In this document: positions 1 through 12,680 of the stretch, one piece after another
How the letters are laid out: the number at the start of each line of letters is the position of its first letter
Position numbering within the stretch: the stretch's first letter is position 1
DNA from: Lama glama
Lineage: Eukaryota
Direction of reading: 5' to 3'
NCBI GenBank assembly: GCA_028534125.1
Contig: CM052824.1
Span: 60,946,001-61,010,000, forward strand
Length of the DNA stretch: 64,000 nt
Made by a program: the position numbers and the translations under genes
Notes under the pieces: model-generated
Database searches by the model: none
Told to the model about the DNA's origin: nothing
Seen by the model: the letters and a program-made list of their open reading frames with translations, nothing else

Positions 1-400
1 AAGATTCCCAAATTCACGGCACCTTTAGTGTCCCTAGGATTTTCACAGTGCCCCAGGCCAAAATAAGTACCTGAAAGTTCCCTTTATTGAGTCCTTAGGT
101 CCAAACAATCTAAGTATTTATGTCCTAAAACCTTAGTAGCTATTTGAAAAAGTCATACCCATAAATGGAAGGAAACTTTAACTTTTATTCTTGAGTAAAC
201 CGCTGTTGTTAACTGACAGGCAACACAGCTTCTCAGACTTCAGGATCAGACTGGACGTGGCTGTCTTCATTTCCTGTTCCATGTTTTTTTATCGAAGCAA
301 CCACTGAAGACCCTGCTTTGTAAGGGCGTGCCAGCCTCATGAGGATGTGATGTCATGGGGACGGGTGCAGCGCCACCTGCTGTTGGAGCTCTGAACTCCC
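1..400. mobile_element. Ancient hAT/Charlie-like DNA transposon fragment
   Basis: Resembles recalled hAT consensus text (cacggcacc..ttaggtccaaacaa..agtatttatgtccta); family not verified. Confidence 0.5.
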
Positions 401-3400
401 TTGAGCCAGCTGCTCCTGTGGTGTCTGTCATCTGTCAGGTTTCTCTGCACTTGTCTCAGCTCAAAATGATTTTGTAACCCAGAGTTCGCTGCACCTTGCT
501 GTGCACTTTGGGAGCTGGAGCTTCTTATGGCTCACAATCTGCCTGAGCTGGTCCCTGCAGCCTAGGGGGCCGTGTGTTTTCCGGGAGGAGGGGCGCGCCC
601 ACTGCAGGTACCAGGGTGAGGGCGGAAGGCGGGTGTTTCCCTCTCCAGGAATCAGAGTTGAGTCATTTTGGTTCTGTCTGTCACCAGAGGGGAGGTGGGA
701 GGACACACAGTGGTGTCGACTGAAGGGGCCTCGTTGGCATTTATCATGTGTCCTTTATGGAAAAATGAAATTCATCATCTAAGAAACTCCTTAAGGCTGG
801 ACTTCTGGAAGGTAACCTGTAGTTTCCTCTACAGTTGTGGCAGATGAACTGAAAACATAAATGATTTATCAGAACAACAAGTAAATACCTGTTAGATGCC
901 ATTTGGTTCTGGCCATGGCCCTCTCTCCCCCCTTCTATTTTTGATGCAGCGAGTGGATGAGACAGTGGGGATAGCCATGACTGCTTTTAAGGAAAAAAAA
1001 ATTAAAGAGACTTTTCAGGTTTTTTTTTTTTTAAGAACCACATGTATCTGTTGACCATAAACTTCTGGGAACTGAATTATCTCTTGCCATATATGTATAT
1101 ATTCGTGTTTGATGCTTTATGACTCCTCTTTGCCAGCCAGAGTGAAGAGATGAGTGCTTATGTAACTTACAGGGAGGAGTCTGTCACTGTGTTAAAGAGC
1201 TGTGTTCTTTCCTGGGGACCCCACTCGTAGTCCCTGTGACGGGGCAGCCATACCTCCTTTGCCACAGCTGGCTGACCACCCGGCCTGGGGACGGGCTGGT
1301 GCAGACGACTTTCTAGCAACAGACACAGCTGACACTGAGTGGGGGTTGGAATACAGAGTTATGGGTGTTCTTGGATGGTTCCCAAGTCAGGAGCAAAGGT
1401 GGCAGAAAGCCAGAGAGCGGGTGCCCCGCAAACGGCGGGGTCACCAGGAGCCGGCCACGGGGCCCCGGGCCTGCGTGCGCCCTGTCCTGGGGCCTGTCGG
1501 GCCTCTCCCTGCTCCCCAGTGGGGCTTCTCTCCTTGGCCAGCAGAAGAGCCTTGCCCAGACCAGTTGGGTCTGGGGGTTGGGGTAGAGGGAATTAGGAGG
1601 CGTTTGAATTGTCCATGTCTAGAGTTAGTCATTTCCAGAGGTCCTGGGTTCACTCCCCGGTGCCTCCATTAAAATTAACCATTTCCAGAAAGATGTAGTT
1701 CTTCATATTAAATCAGGTTTCATTGTCCTTTAAGGCTTTCCATTGGCAAACGGAGCTTTCATTGAAGTAACTGGACCATGAACTTCTTTATCCCGTGAAA
1801 CTGTATGAGGGTATTAAAAGTCAGAGTATGCCATCCGTGTAGCCTGGTTTTCTTGGATGTTTTCAGTCATTGTTTTCTGGGACACTTCCCTCAGAAGCTT
1901 CAACAGTATGTGGACCCTTTCCCTGTTATTTCTGAATTAATGTTATTTTTGACTTTAGAAGAAAAATCAACTGTTGTCAGAGTTTATGTTCTTGATCGTC
2001 CCCGCAAATCACCAAATCGTTAATTGTTAAAAAAAAATTGTCTCTAATTCTTCAAGGCAAGAATACACTCATGTTTCCAGGATTCCTGTGTGAGAGACCA
2101 ATGCCTGGGTCTTGGTCCAGACCTGGCAGAGGGCACCAGAGTCACCCAGAGCCTTTGTGTGCGTTCAGAACTCTGGGGAGGGTTCCTGGCAGTGCGGTGG
2201 GGAAGGCCAACGGCTCTAAACTGCGCCAGGCTGAAAAGTGTGCTTTCCTTCTGTAGGAGGAGCATTTGAAGACTTGAGCGGAGGAGTCAGATGTCAGAGC
2301 TGTCCTTCAGAGAGATAAATCAGGCTGTGATGCAAAGACGGTTGGAGAGGAAGGGGGACAGGGAGGGAGTTACTGGCAGGCTAGGCAAAGAAGCGGAGCT
2401 GACAGGAGGCCCGGGAGTGGACGTGGGGTGCAGGGAGGGGTGCTCTGTGCCTGAGGGGCTGGTGAATGACCATCTGAGGGTTTGGACAGGAAAGCCTGTA
2501 ACCCCGCCGGGGCTGAGCCCGTGGAGCACTGCACTGGGGGGTCCTGGGGCTGGGTGCGGGCGGGGAAGGGGGTAGCGAGGAGGTGGGGGGGTGCTCCAGG
2601 AAGTGGTGTCACCTGAACCGGTCTGCTGAAGGAGGGGACGTGGGGGTGGGTGTCAGATGGTTCTAACATGGGTCAGGTGAGAGGAGGCGCCCCATCCAGG
2701 TGGGGCCGTGGCGCATTGTGGTTGAAGGCCAAGGGCTCAGGTTGGGGGACGAGACGGGTGGGACAGGGAGTCGCCCCGCACAGACAGCGGGTGAAGCCCT
2801 GACGCGCGGAGGCAGCGTGCTTCCTGGAAGCCCTTAGGGAGCGGAGCCCTCGTGCTGCTGTAGGGTGGCGTGCAGAAACGCTGTCAGCTACTTGATTGTA
2901 GGATACAAACCAGCTGAAGCTCCAGAGTGAGAAAAAACAAGAATTAATGCAGAGGCCTGGAGGTGGGGGGCAGGGTCAGTGGGGAGTGTGCCCCCTGCGT
3001 GCAGCTCTGCTGCCCTTCTTTCTACTGCTCAGTCCAGGCTGTGGAGGGTAGCAGCCACCGCTTTCAAGTTCACGTCCCACTTCCAGACCCGAGAGCCTGC
3101 ACCGCTCACAGTCTCAGCTTCCACGTTATTGGGGGCGAGTTTGTTCGACGACTTGAGCTGGGGCACCTGCCTGTCCCCGCTGTGGTCAGCTGTGACTGGG
3201 GTGAGTGGGAGGCGGGTGTGTCGTGTGAACGTGCTGCCGGGAGCCAGGGGGGCATCTCGAGACCAGGGTTTGGAGGAGGAAACTGGGAGCAGCTTTTAAG
3301 AGCGGTAGCCTGTAGACTGAACACACCCCTCCCGTCCAGAAAAAAGCATCCAAAGCAGCGGTGACGGTTACACGGCCTTGCAGCCCCCCCTGGGATGGTG

Positions 3401-3639
3401 CGGCGGTGGGTCAGAGAGCAGGAGGGAGGGCGGGCGGGTGGGGGGGCCCTTGGGAAGGTTCAATAAAGCTCTGTCTTTGAGGCTGAGTGATACTTCCTGG
3501 CGGAGGGCAAGAGAGGGCCAAGAACGTCCTGAGCAAAGGGACTTTTGTATCTTACTCTCTTTCTTTTTGAAAAATGTGCGATGACACGTCTGGAGATGAC
3601 AGTGAGAATGGTGTCAGTGTAAGCCCCTTGCTGTACACC

Positions 3640-3820
3640 GTCCAGCCGGTTCCTGACCTCTGCCTCAGGTATCTTTTCTGTAACTTTACAGAACTGGAAT
3701 CACAAGGAATGAAGGTGACAGCACCCACTCATCGGGTGCCTGGGGGCCATCAGATGGTACGTGTAAGTGCTCAGCAACATGGCATCTGGCGTGTAGCGAG
3801 TACTTGATTAATTTATTGTT
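3640..3820 (+). mobile_element. MIR fragment
   Basis: Degenerate core and 3' end (gtaagtgctcagca..tggcgtgtagcgagtacttgattaat). Confidence 0.5.
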
Positions 3821-4834
3821 GATTAAAAGTAATTTTACCTGTGTCTTTTTTCCAGATATACTTCAGAATCCAGTTGGGGGTGAGAGCACGGCGGTTTAGT
3901 TGCCCGACACGATGGGTGTGCTCGAGCTCACTCAGTGACTGCTGTGAGACTTGGGCGAGGAGCGCAGCGGCGGTGCGGCCTGGCCTCGCGGGGAGGGGTT
4001 CCGCCGTGTGGGGCGTCACTACCGAGTCAGGTGCGCTGGCCACCGCGCCTCAGGGCCGGCAGGGGCAGAGAAGGTAGTCCTGGCTCCTGGATCTCGAGTT
4101 CCAGGTGTGACCCCCCGCCCCGAGGAGACGGTCCTCGGGTGGCGTCCTGGACTGTGTGTGTCTTTATTCTGACCTGAGGCTGGTGGTTCTGAGTGTACAG
4201 TTCTTGTCTGGAATTAGGTTAAGACGTTGCTCTGTGTGCTTTCAGTTCCCACTGTTGCTGTTGAGAAACCAGATGCTGGTGATTCTTGATCCTTTGTGTA
4301 TCAGCAGTTTTTTCTGTCTGGGGACTTTGAGGACCTGGCTTTTGCGTGGGTGCTCTGAAGTGTGATGTATCCTGGTAACCTGTCTCCCCTTGTCCGCTAT
4401 GCTGGGCCTTTGGTGCAGCTTTTCAGTCTGGAAGCCTAGGTAGTTCAGGAGGGGAACATCAGCTCTGTAAGCAGGTGGTGTTTTAGTTACGCCTCTTTAT
4501 TTCTGCATTGAATTTAAAGTGCTCTGAGCGTGTAGCTGCTGTTACTCATTTTTCTGTTCTGATGTATTTCCCCGGCTGTGTCTCCCTGTGTCTCCCCCAG
4601 AAGCGTGTCGCATGTTCAGCGTTCCTGCTGTGCTTGACGGCAGTTACTTTTTGTTGCAGAGCTTGAGTGAGTCACCTGGGTGGACCTAAGCTGAGGGGAG
4701 CTGGAGGCCTGTCTGCTTAGGTCAGGTCGCACAGTTCCTGCCCTTCAGTGAAAAGAAGGAATTTCCCCATAACTTTACCCCGGAAGATTTACTGCATGCC
4801 ATGTGCAGACCACAGTGAAGCCCTCCCCCCCATA

Positions 4835-4952
4835 TTTTGGGGGAGGTAATTAGATTTGTTTATTTATGTATTTGATGTCAGTGCTGGGGATTGAACCCAC
4901 GACGTCGTGCATGCTAGGGCATGTGCTCTACCACTGAGCTATACCCTACCCC
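4835..4952 (-). mobile_element. tRNA-derived camelid-type SINE (Vic-1-like)
   Basis: Minus strand reads GGGTATAGCTCAGTGGTAGAGC (A box)...GGGTTCAATCCCCAGCAC (B box), then an AT-rich tail with CTAATTACCTCCCCC. Confidence 0.88.
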
Positions 4953-6159
4953 TAAGTTTTTTTAACCTTGTAATGAGCACAAGAAAATACAGGGTAATTA
5001 AAAAAACATCTGAAGGTGGTTAGAATTTACTGTTAAGCAGCCAGGGTGTTAGCCAGAATGGTTCTGTGTGGTCGCACCTGCCTCTTCTGTCCCCGGCACA
5101 CCTCAACTTGAACTGGATTCATCCCAGGCTTTGATGGTGAAGCTGCAGCCCTGCTGTGTCCTTTCATTTTCTCGGTATTTGAGAAAGAGACGGTACAAAC
5201 ACAAGAGTCTTGATGTGTCACCGTGTGAAGTCATTGCGTGGTGTGCTCCGGAAATCCGACCGGCGGTGCCCCGCAGTCAGGTGGTGGTGTGTCCACAACT
5301 CCCAGTGTGGCATCTGGGGGTGCTTGTCATGAAGCCTCCGGACACATGGAAGCGGGGCAGAGCCCGGCCTGCTGGGGACTGGCCGCGGGCGCGGCAGAAA
5401 CAAAGTGAAGGCCCGTCGGTAACTCAGACCGAGGCGGCCGCAAGCCTGTCTTCAGCTTCACGTGAGTCTGAATTTCCAGCTCCCAGCTCCCAGCAGGTGT
5501 GAGGGGAGTACTTGTCTTCTTGGGCTGATAACTTTTGAGAAGAATATTCTGGTGTCATAAGGTTAGGGCAGCTTAACCGCTGAAGCAGTCGGGAGCTGGT
5601 GGTGCCCTGAGCAGTACCAAGCCCGCAGGCAGCTCGCTGGGCTCAGGACCGGCTCCCAGGCCCCCTTGTCTAGAAGGCAGCCCTGGCAGTGGGGGCTGCC
5701 CTGCGAGCGAAGGAGAGTGGCACTGCGGTGGCCAAATGAAAAGGCGGAGCAGCAGTGGACTGAGCCGGTGAGGCACCCGAGAGCTGTGGGCCGCAAATCG
5801 GGCCCGGCTTCCCTGCTGGAGCAGCCCCTCCACCCAGGGAGCTGCCACGTCCAGTTCACCACAGGGTTTCAGCCGTTAGTCGCACAATCTGTATTCTGGT
5901 TAAAAAAAAAAAAAAGACTAGATTTCCTTAATTTTCCATACTGACAGCCCACCTGAAGGAGGCTGTGCCCGTCCCTAGGCATGGATGTGGTTCCTTTGGT
6001 TTCTATTGTCCTCTGGTACCCAGTGAAAATTGTGAGGGCCACGAGAGGCGCCGGGCTGTTGAGAGGTGAGCCGGTGGTGGAGCGGACAGGGCCGCGCAGC
6101 GACCGGGGCCGCCCTGGAGCCAAACTCGGAGTCAGCAGCGGAACACTGTGCGGAAAATC

Positions 6160-6490
6160 CCGGTATTTGGAAATTAAATAAGTCAGGGGTGACGTCATAA
6201 GGGAAACTTGAAAATATTTTAATGTGAATGAAAGTGAAAACAAAACTCCACATTCGTGGGGCGTAGTGAGCGCAGTGCTCGTTGGGAATGTGTGGAACTC
6301 GGTGCTTCCTGCAGAAGACAGGCGGCCTCACCCGTCTGCGCTTGAGCACGCTGACCTCAAAACACAGAGGGAGGAGCAGAGTCTCATGAAATTGAAAACA
6401 GAAACACAGTAGAGAAAAACCAGTGAAACTGAAGACTGGTCCTGGGAAAAAATTGCAGTAATAAACCTCTGGCCAGCCTGAGAACAATAA
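6160..6490 (+). mobile_element. Old L1 ORF2 fragment (region after the endonuclease)
   Basis: Decayed KYFNVNESENKT...EIENRNTVEK..ETEDWSWEK..KPLASL, resembling the L1 ORF2 linker. Confidence 0.75.
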
Positions 6491-6789
6491 CACTTAAAAC
6501 ATTGTCAAAATGAAGAAAATTAGTTAAACATGAAAATTAAAAAGTATATATTCATCTATTTAAAAGGCGCACTTTTAAAAACCAAAATGCATTGATTGTG
6601 TCGTTAAGGCCGTGCGCACGTGTCGTGCCAGGTTCTCCAGTTACTAAAAAGGCTTTTCCTTACTGTTGGTTAGTGGAAAAGTAAAAAAAAAAGTCATAAA
6701 ATACAGTAATTTTCTCTCACTTTGTCTTCAAGTCATCGCGTCTTTTGTTTGATGACGGCAGCGTTTTTAGAAAATGTGTATTTGCCCTT

Positions 6790-7800
6790 TGTTGGCGTTT
6801 AGTTTTGGAGAAGTTCTGAAGCTACAGGAAGCTGAGGGTAGGTCAGTGGGCGTGTGTGGCTTCACCAAGATTCAGTAACTTGCCACTTCGGCGGCCACGT
6901 TTCCTTTCTCTTCTCTCTGTGTGCTTCTGGTACATAGATATCGTGGTCCTTTACCCCTTTGCAAGTCCAGCCTGTCTCAAGAACAAGGATGTTCTGTGTA
7001 TCCGCAGTCGTTTCCTTGTACCCCCGAACCTCAGCACTGATCCAGTAACGCCCAGTCCAAGTCCACGCTGAAGTTTCTTGAGTTTTCTTCAGAATGTCTC
7101 CCTTCCCTTTTTTCAAATTCAGGACTGAAATCAGGTTCTTGTGTGTGTTTTGTGTTGTGGTCACGACTCCCAGGGCTCACGCATCCAGAGTGGTCTTCAC
7201 GCCGTGCCTGTCGTGACAGTGACCTTTTTGGAGAGTTCAGGTCAGTTTCCTGTAACGTCTCACACTCGAGATCTTTGTAACTTGTTTCCTCACGGCTGGA
7301 TGAGGCCGAGTGTTTTTGGCAGGAATGCCCCTCTGGTGGCCTGTGCTTCTCATTCTGTCGCATCGTGCTGGTTTGTTCCGACACTGGTGACACTACGTGT
7401 AATCGCTTGATTCCAGGTGGTGCCCACCGGATCTGCTCATTGTAATAGCTTCTTTTTCGATGGTCAGGAGATGATCTGTGAGTGATGCTTCCAGTCCTGG
7501 GGAGTGTCTTGTAACTTCATGCACTGTCACCCACCACCTTCAGCACCACGGAAGGTCTGCCTGCGTCCGTGGCTGCTCTGGAGGCCCCAGGTGGTGGTTT
7601 TCCAAGTCTGTCGCCCCTTCTGCGTTTGTTTGCATTTCTCTGTAAAGAAAGGCTTTTTCCTTTCTTGTTTCTCTGTTGTATGTATCTGTTATTATTGTGA
7701 CTCTTCAGTAACTAATGCTCTGTTACAGTTATCACTCCTTTTACCTTCACATTTATTCCTGAACTTGGCCGGGGCCTCCTTCACATGGTCGTTTCATCAC
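6790..7800 (-). mobile_element. Old L1 (L1MC-like) 3' region
   Basis: Degenerate L1M 3'UTR motifs (gacctttttggagagttcaggtcagtt, tgtttttggcaggaat). Confidence 0.55.
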
Positions 7801-8799
7801 GTTGTCCTTTCACGTGCTGTCTCTTCAGGACGCTTCTGTACTAGAGAATTACGCAGAAGTGAGACGTCTGCTGTGCCTCTGACGCGCCCCCAGTCCTTTA
7901 TGCAAAGTTCCGAGGACTGGGTGTGTTGTGGCCCCTCTCAGGGTTTAGAGAGAGACTGGTGCCTGTGTCGCACACACACAGTGCCCCCTGCGGATTATAC
8001 TCAGACACCTCCCAGCACGTGTTAGAATCCACACGTATCCACGCTGAAGAGGATGCAGACTACAGCCCTCATGTGTGTCCGGTCTGCTTTGGGACCTGAG
8101 AGGTGCAGATGAGCAGTGGTGCGCCCGTGTGCTCCTGCTGTCTTGAGGCTTTGGGGACATGGAGGACCGCATTCCCCACACGAGTGCCTCTGCTTTACTT
8201 GAAATGGTGGTGCCGCCAGTGAAGGGGCTTTCTAGGTGTGTCTTAAGAGGATTTCAGTTTTTAGATTTTGAAAAATACTGAAATAACAATCCTCATACAA
8301 ACACTGTGTGGTACTGAAAGCCTCATGATGTGCTGGGATGTGTGTGTGCAGAGAAGCTCATCGTGGGAACAGTTAGCGCTGCTGCACTGACAGCTACACT
8401 GAAGCAGAACGTAGGTTGGTTGATTTTATCCAGAGCCTTAAAAAAGTGCAAAATCTTTGACATAATTATTCCACCTTGAGAAACTGCTCTAAGGGTTTTA
8501 ACATGATGCAGCCGCAGGAGCAGAGCCTCCTGGGTGATAGGGCACCGTGGTGCGTGCGGTCTTTAAGAAGGCAGAGTCCTCCGGCTGTCGTCCAGTGGCC
8601 TCTGTGCTTTGGGCTGGGAGACAGGGCCGGACAGACTCCGACCAGCACCTGCTTTCACCTCTGACCCCGGGGCAGGAGGCAGCCGCATGCCCTGCCTCAG
8701 CTCTGCTCGCTGAGCAGCGGAGCCCAGTCCTGTGGGTGTGGCTCCAGGACTTTGCCCGTGTCACACAGGCCCATGTGAAACTGTCGCCCTTTTTGTGAC

Positions 8800-9005
8800 C
8801 TGGAGTAAGTTGGTGTACGGTTGTGTTAGTTTCAGGGGTACTGCATGGTGACATTTGCCTGGTGACATTTGCATACGTTGTGAAATGATCCCCATGGTAA
8901 GTCTGGGAACCCTCTGGCCCCACGCGGTTACTGCAGTGTTACTGACCGTGTTCCTTGTGTTGTGCGTCACATCCCACGTCTTACTTGTTTCGTAACTGGA
9001 GGTTT
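8800..9005 (-). mobile_element. L1 3' end fragment
   Basis: tgtgttagtttcaggggtac..atacgttgtgaaatgatcccc..cacatccc..taactggaggttt, typical antisense L1MA-type tail. Confidence 0.65.
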
Positions 9006-9026
9006 CTAGAAACTAGCCCTTCTTAG

Positions 9027-9139
9027 TTTTTTGGGGGGTAATTAGGTTTATTTATTTACCTGATGGAGGTGCTGGGGATTGAACCCAGAACCTGATGCAT
9101 GCTAAGCACATGCTCCACCGCTGAGCTACACCCCACCCC
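9027..9139 (-). mobile_element. tRNA-derived camelid-type SINE
   Basis: Same A/B-box head and TAAA/CCTAATTACC tail as the other copies. Confidence 0.88.
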
Positions 9140-9329
9140 GACTCCAGGCTTTCACACTTGAGTAATCGGTGGAAGCCCTGAGCCTGCCTCCCTAGGAGCT
9201 CGCCTCAGACGGTTCAGGGGAAGGTGAGCACTGACCTCCAGCTCCCAAACCCACACCCACACCCACAGGTTTCGTTTGTTATTTTAGGTATCTGTAACAG
9301 CACTTTTTCCTGCCCCTACCCACCCCCCA

Positions 9330-9910
9330 ATAAAATTTATATAGCAAAACCTTTTTAAAGTGAACAGCTCAGTGGCATTTTAATATATTCCGTGTTGTGC
9401 AACCACTGCCTTTACCTAATTCAAGAACATTTCGTCACCCCAGGAGGAGCCCCGTGTCCTTTGAGCCGTTGTTCACTGCACACAGAGCCCCTGGCGGCCA
9501 CTGCGTTCTGTCTGTGTTCTGGGTAGTTCATTTAAATAGGATTGCAGGCTGTGTGACCTTCTGTGTCTGGCTTCATCACGCAGCAGTGTCTTCAGGGGCC
9601 CTCTGTGTGAGTCTGTCAGTGCTTCATCCCTGTTATGGGTGAACAGTCCTCTGTGGTGTGGGCGCCCCGCGTTGCCTTCTCTCTTCATCCACGGGCGGAC
9701 TTTCGGGCTGTTGCTGCCTTTTGGCGATCACGAATGGTGCTACTGTGAACATGCGTGTCCACCTGTTGAGTCCCTGTTTTCCGTTCTCCTGAGAACATAG
9801 CTGGGAGTGGAGTTGCTGGCCACACGGTGACTCTGTGCTCCATTTACTTTCTGAGGAGCCACCAGACTTTTCTTCGCACACCCACTTCCACTGCCAGAGA
9901 AGCGTGTGTT
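9330..9910 (-). mobile_element. L1MB-like 3' end
   Basis: aaagtgaacagctcagtggcatttt..ttgtgcaaccac..gaacatttcgtcacccc..tgtgtctggcttc..ggagtggagttgctgg. Confidence 0.75.
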
Positions 9911-10786
9911 TGCCTGTAACATAAACTGCGTACTTCCTTAGTAAACCTGTTTTGTTAAATAAGTTAGTAATAAGTAAGTAAATTCACAGTTCAGCTGGGG
10001 GACATTTCAGCTTGCTGACGCCTCTCGTGGCCCCCAGGTGAGACGCGTGCACGTGAGTGTGAACGTGGTAGGCAGGGGACTAATCAGCAGGCAGGTGAGA
10101 ACCTGTGCGATGTCCAGAAGTGGTCTTTTCACGCTGGGTGTGATTTGGAGACATTACCAAAGCATCTTTAAAGATACTGAAGCCTCATTTCTGGGGAAGG
10201 ACAAGGAGATATTTCAGAAGAAATCTGGAGTTAAGTATGTTTTGTGCTGGCTGCAGTATGCTGAGTGGCAAGTCCAAAGGCTTCGCTGTGATGTCTTCTG
10301 CTCCCGCGGCCTGGACCCTGGGGTTACAGCTTTGGGTGACACTGTGGTGACTGGGTGGCTGGAGGGCTGGCCCTGGCTGGCACTCAGGAGACGCCCAGGG
10401 GCTCCTTTGAGATTCAGATGAGATCTCCTGCCTGCCAGAGGGCAAGTCTGGGTGAGACCACTCTTAGAGCTTCTTGAGTGACAGTGATTTTTCTGTTGTT
10501 ACAGGAGTCTGAACACCCCTTCGCCCGATACTTTTCAAGGTTTAATTCAAGGTATTTTCCCTGAGGCATTTCTAAGAATTTTTAAAAAGAAACTTAGATC
10601 AGATTTCTTCTTTTTTTCCACACTGAGAAACTAAACACAAGTTAATACGAATTACTAATAAATAAAGCGACTTGGAGACAAGAAATGGTGACAGGGAGGG
10701 GGTTGATTTATGTGCTTCTCAAAATGTATGAAATATTGTGCCTCACAGCCCGAATCAATGCAAATACGGCCTTTTCTCTGTTGCAG

Positions 10787-10835
10787 ACACTTTTACATGT
10801 TTTGGAGACCAGACCAGAAGCACTTCTGAATTAAG
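10787..10835 (+). other. GNB1: GNB1 non-coding 5'UTR exon 2 (49 nt)
   Basis: Acceptor cttttctctgttgcag|ACAC, donor TTAAG|gtaatt; sequence GGAGACCAGACCAGAAG..TTCTGAATTAAG matches the GNB1 5'UTR as I recall it. Confidence 0.85.
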
Positions 10836-11339
10836 GTAATTTTAATGTAATTGATCCTTGTCAATTTTTAAAGTAGAATATTTAAATTTCTTTAAGGTTT
10901 CTTTTTTAATAACCTGGTTTTTGTTACAGTTTTGCCCATCTCTTTTTTAAGCCTGGAGTTGGTTTTCAGAACAAATTGACCCAGAGAAGGGTGTTTTCTT
11001 TCAAGGCTCGTTCCCATGTTCCGCAGAAGGGGTTAAGGTCCTGGAGATGATGGTTCCCGTTCTGGAGAAGAAAATCTCTCCAGCTTCTTTCACTGAAAGC
11101 AGGAGAGCGAGCCCCTTTTCCAAATCAGATCTTAGCTGGAAATCCAGCAGATGATACAGATAAAGGTGAGGCCACACAATTGAAACAGAAATGCCAATGT
11201 TTGTGTATAGTGGAGGTGACAGAGCAGGGGTGTCACAGTTAGGGGTGGAGAAGCTGGACGAGGGCATCCAGTTCTTTGTATTGTTCTTGCAACTCTTTGT
11301 ACGTTGAAAGACTTTAAAATGAAGATGCAAAACTAAATT

Positions 11340-12680
11340 GAATGAATTAGGTGCTTGAACAGTTGGGTATCCGTATGGAAGAGGTGTACGTGACACCACG
11401 GATGAAAATTAACTCAAAGTGAATCATGGACTTACATCCAGTGCTAGAAAACCTCTCAAAGAAACAAAACATTGAGACTTCGGGTTCGGGAGAGATTTCT
11501 TAATGACATCAAAGACAGTCCATTAAAGAGAATGCATAAATGGGATTTCATCAAGTTTAAAAATTCTCCTTCAAAGATACAGTTAAGAGAATGAAAAGAC
11601 AAGCCACAGACTGGCAGAAAATGTTAGCGGATCACATGTCTTTTGGGTAACTTGTTTCCAGAATAAGTAAAGAGCTCTCAAAGTTCAGTATTAAAAAAAG
11701 CACCCCCCGCAAGAAGCCAGTGATTGGATCAGACGCTTCACCAGAGAGTAAATACATAGAGAGAGCAGATAAGCACGTGAGAAGACAATCGCAGTCACCA
11801 GCCACCAGGGAGACGCTACTCAGCCCAGAAAAGGACGACCCGAGCCGCTTGCAGCAACGGGTGGACCTGGAGGGCATGATGCCGAGTGAAACAGGTCAGA
11901 GAAAGACAAATGCTGTGTGACGTCACTTATCTGTGGAATGCAGGAAATGCAGCAAACTAGTGAATAAGACCGAAAGGAAGCAGACGCACAGATGCCGAGA
12001 ACAAATCAGTGGTTACCCTCGGGGAGAGGGAAGGGGCGGTGAAGTAGGGGTGAGGGGGACGGGGTGGGTACGGGATTGTAGGAGATCATGTGTGTAAAAC
12101 TTCTGAAAACTATGAAGCACTGTAGAATTTAAAGAATCTTTCCATTAAAAAAAGACACAGACACCGCTAACCATTTCCTAACAGTGGCTGAAATTAGAAA
12201 GACTGACCACACCACGTGCTGACGAGAGTGTGGGGGCTGGGCTCTCCTCGCCGATGGTGGGATGAGAAAAACAGTCCGGCAGCATCTTAGCGTGTTACCT
12301 GTGTGCTGGCCGTGTAGACCCGGCCGGTCCACTCCCGGGTGCTCACCCTGGAGAAGCGAAAGCCCGTTTCATAGGGAAGCCCTGTAGATGCAGCAGCTGG
12401 CTGAGCGCTGAGGGAGCCGAGTCAGACCTGAAGGTACGTGCTGTGTGATTCCATGAGTATGAAATTCTAGATGAGAACTTACGTGTGGTGACAGAAGCAG
12501 ATTCGTGGTTGCCCGGGGTGGGGGTGGGATTTCAGAGGGGCAGGAGGAGGCTTTTGGGTGGGGATCTGTCCCTTAGCTGAGGCGGTGGTCTCAGAGGTGT
12601 TGAGTGTGTCAGAATGTATCAGATCATACCTGTTCATTGTGTTACTGAGCTTCCATACAGATGTTTTTAAAACTAAGTGA
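11340..12680 (+). mobile_element. Old L1 ORF2 end/3'UTR interrupted by a second L1 3' end (11817-12153)
   Basis: aaaattaactcaaa..atgaaaagacaagccacagactgg (L1 ORF2 C-terminal region); the insert ends in aaagaatctttccattaaaaaaa. Confidence 0.75.

Noticed and set aside
8325-8392. ATGATG...CTGA resembling a C/D-box snoRNA
   Set aside because: Imperfect C box (ATGATGT) and no convincing terminal stem
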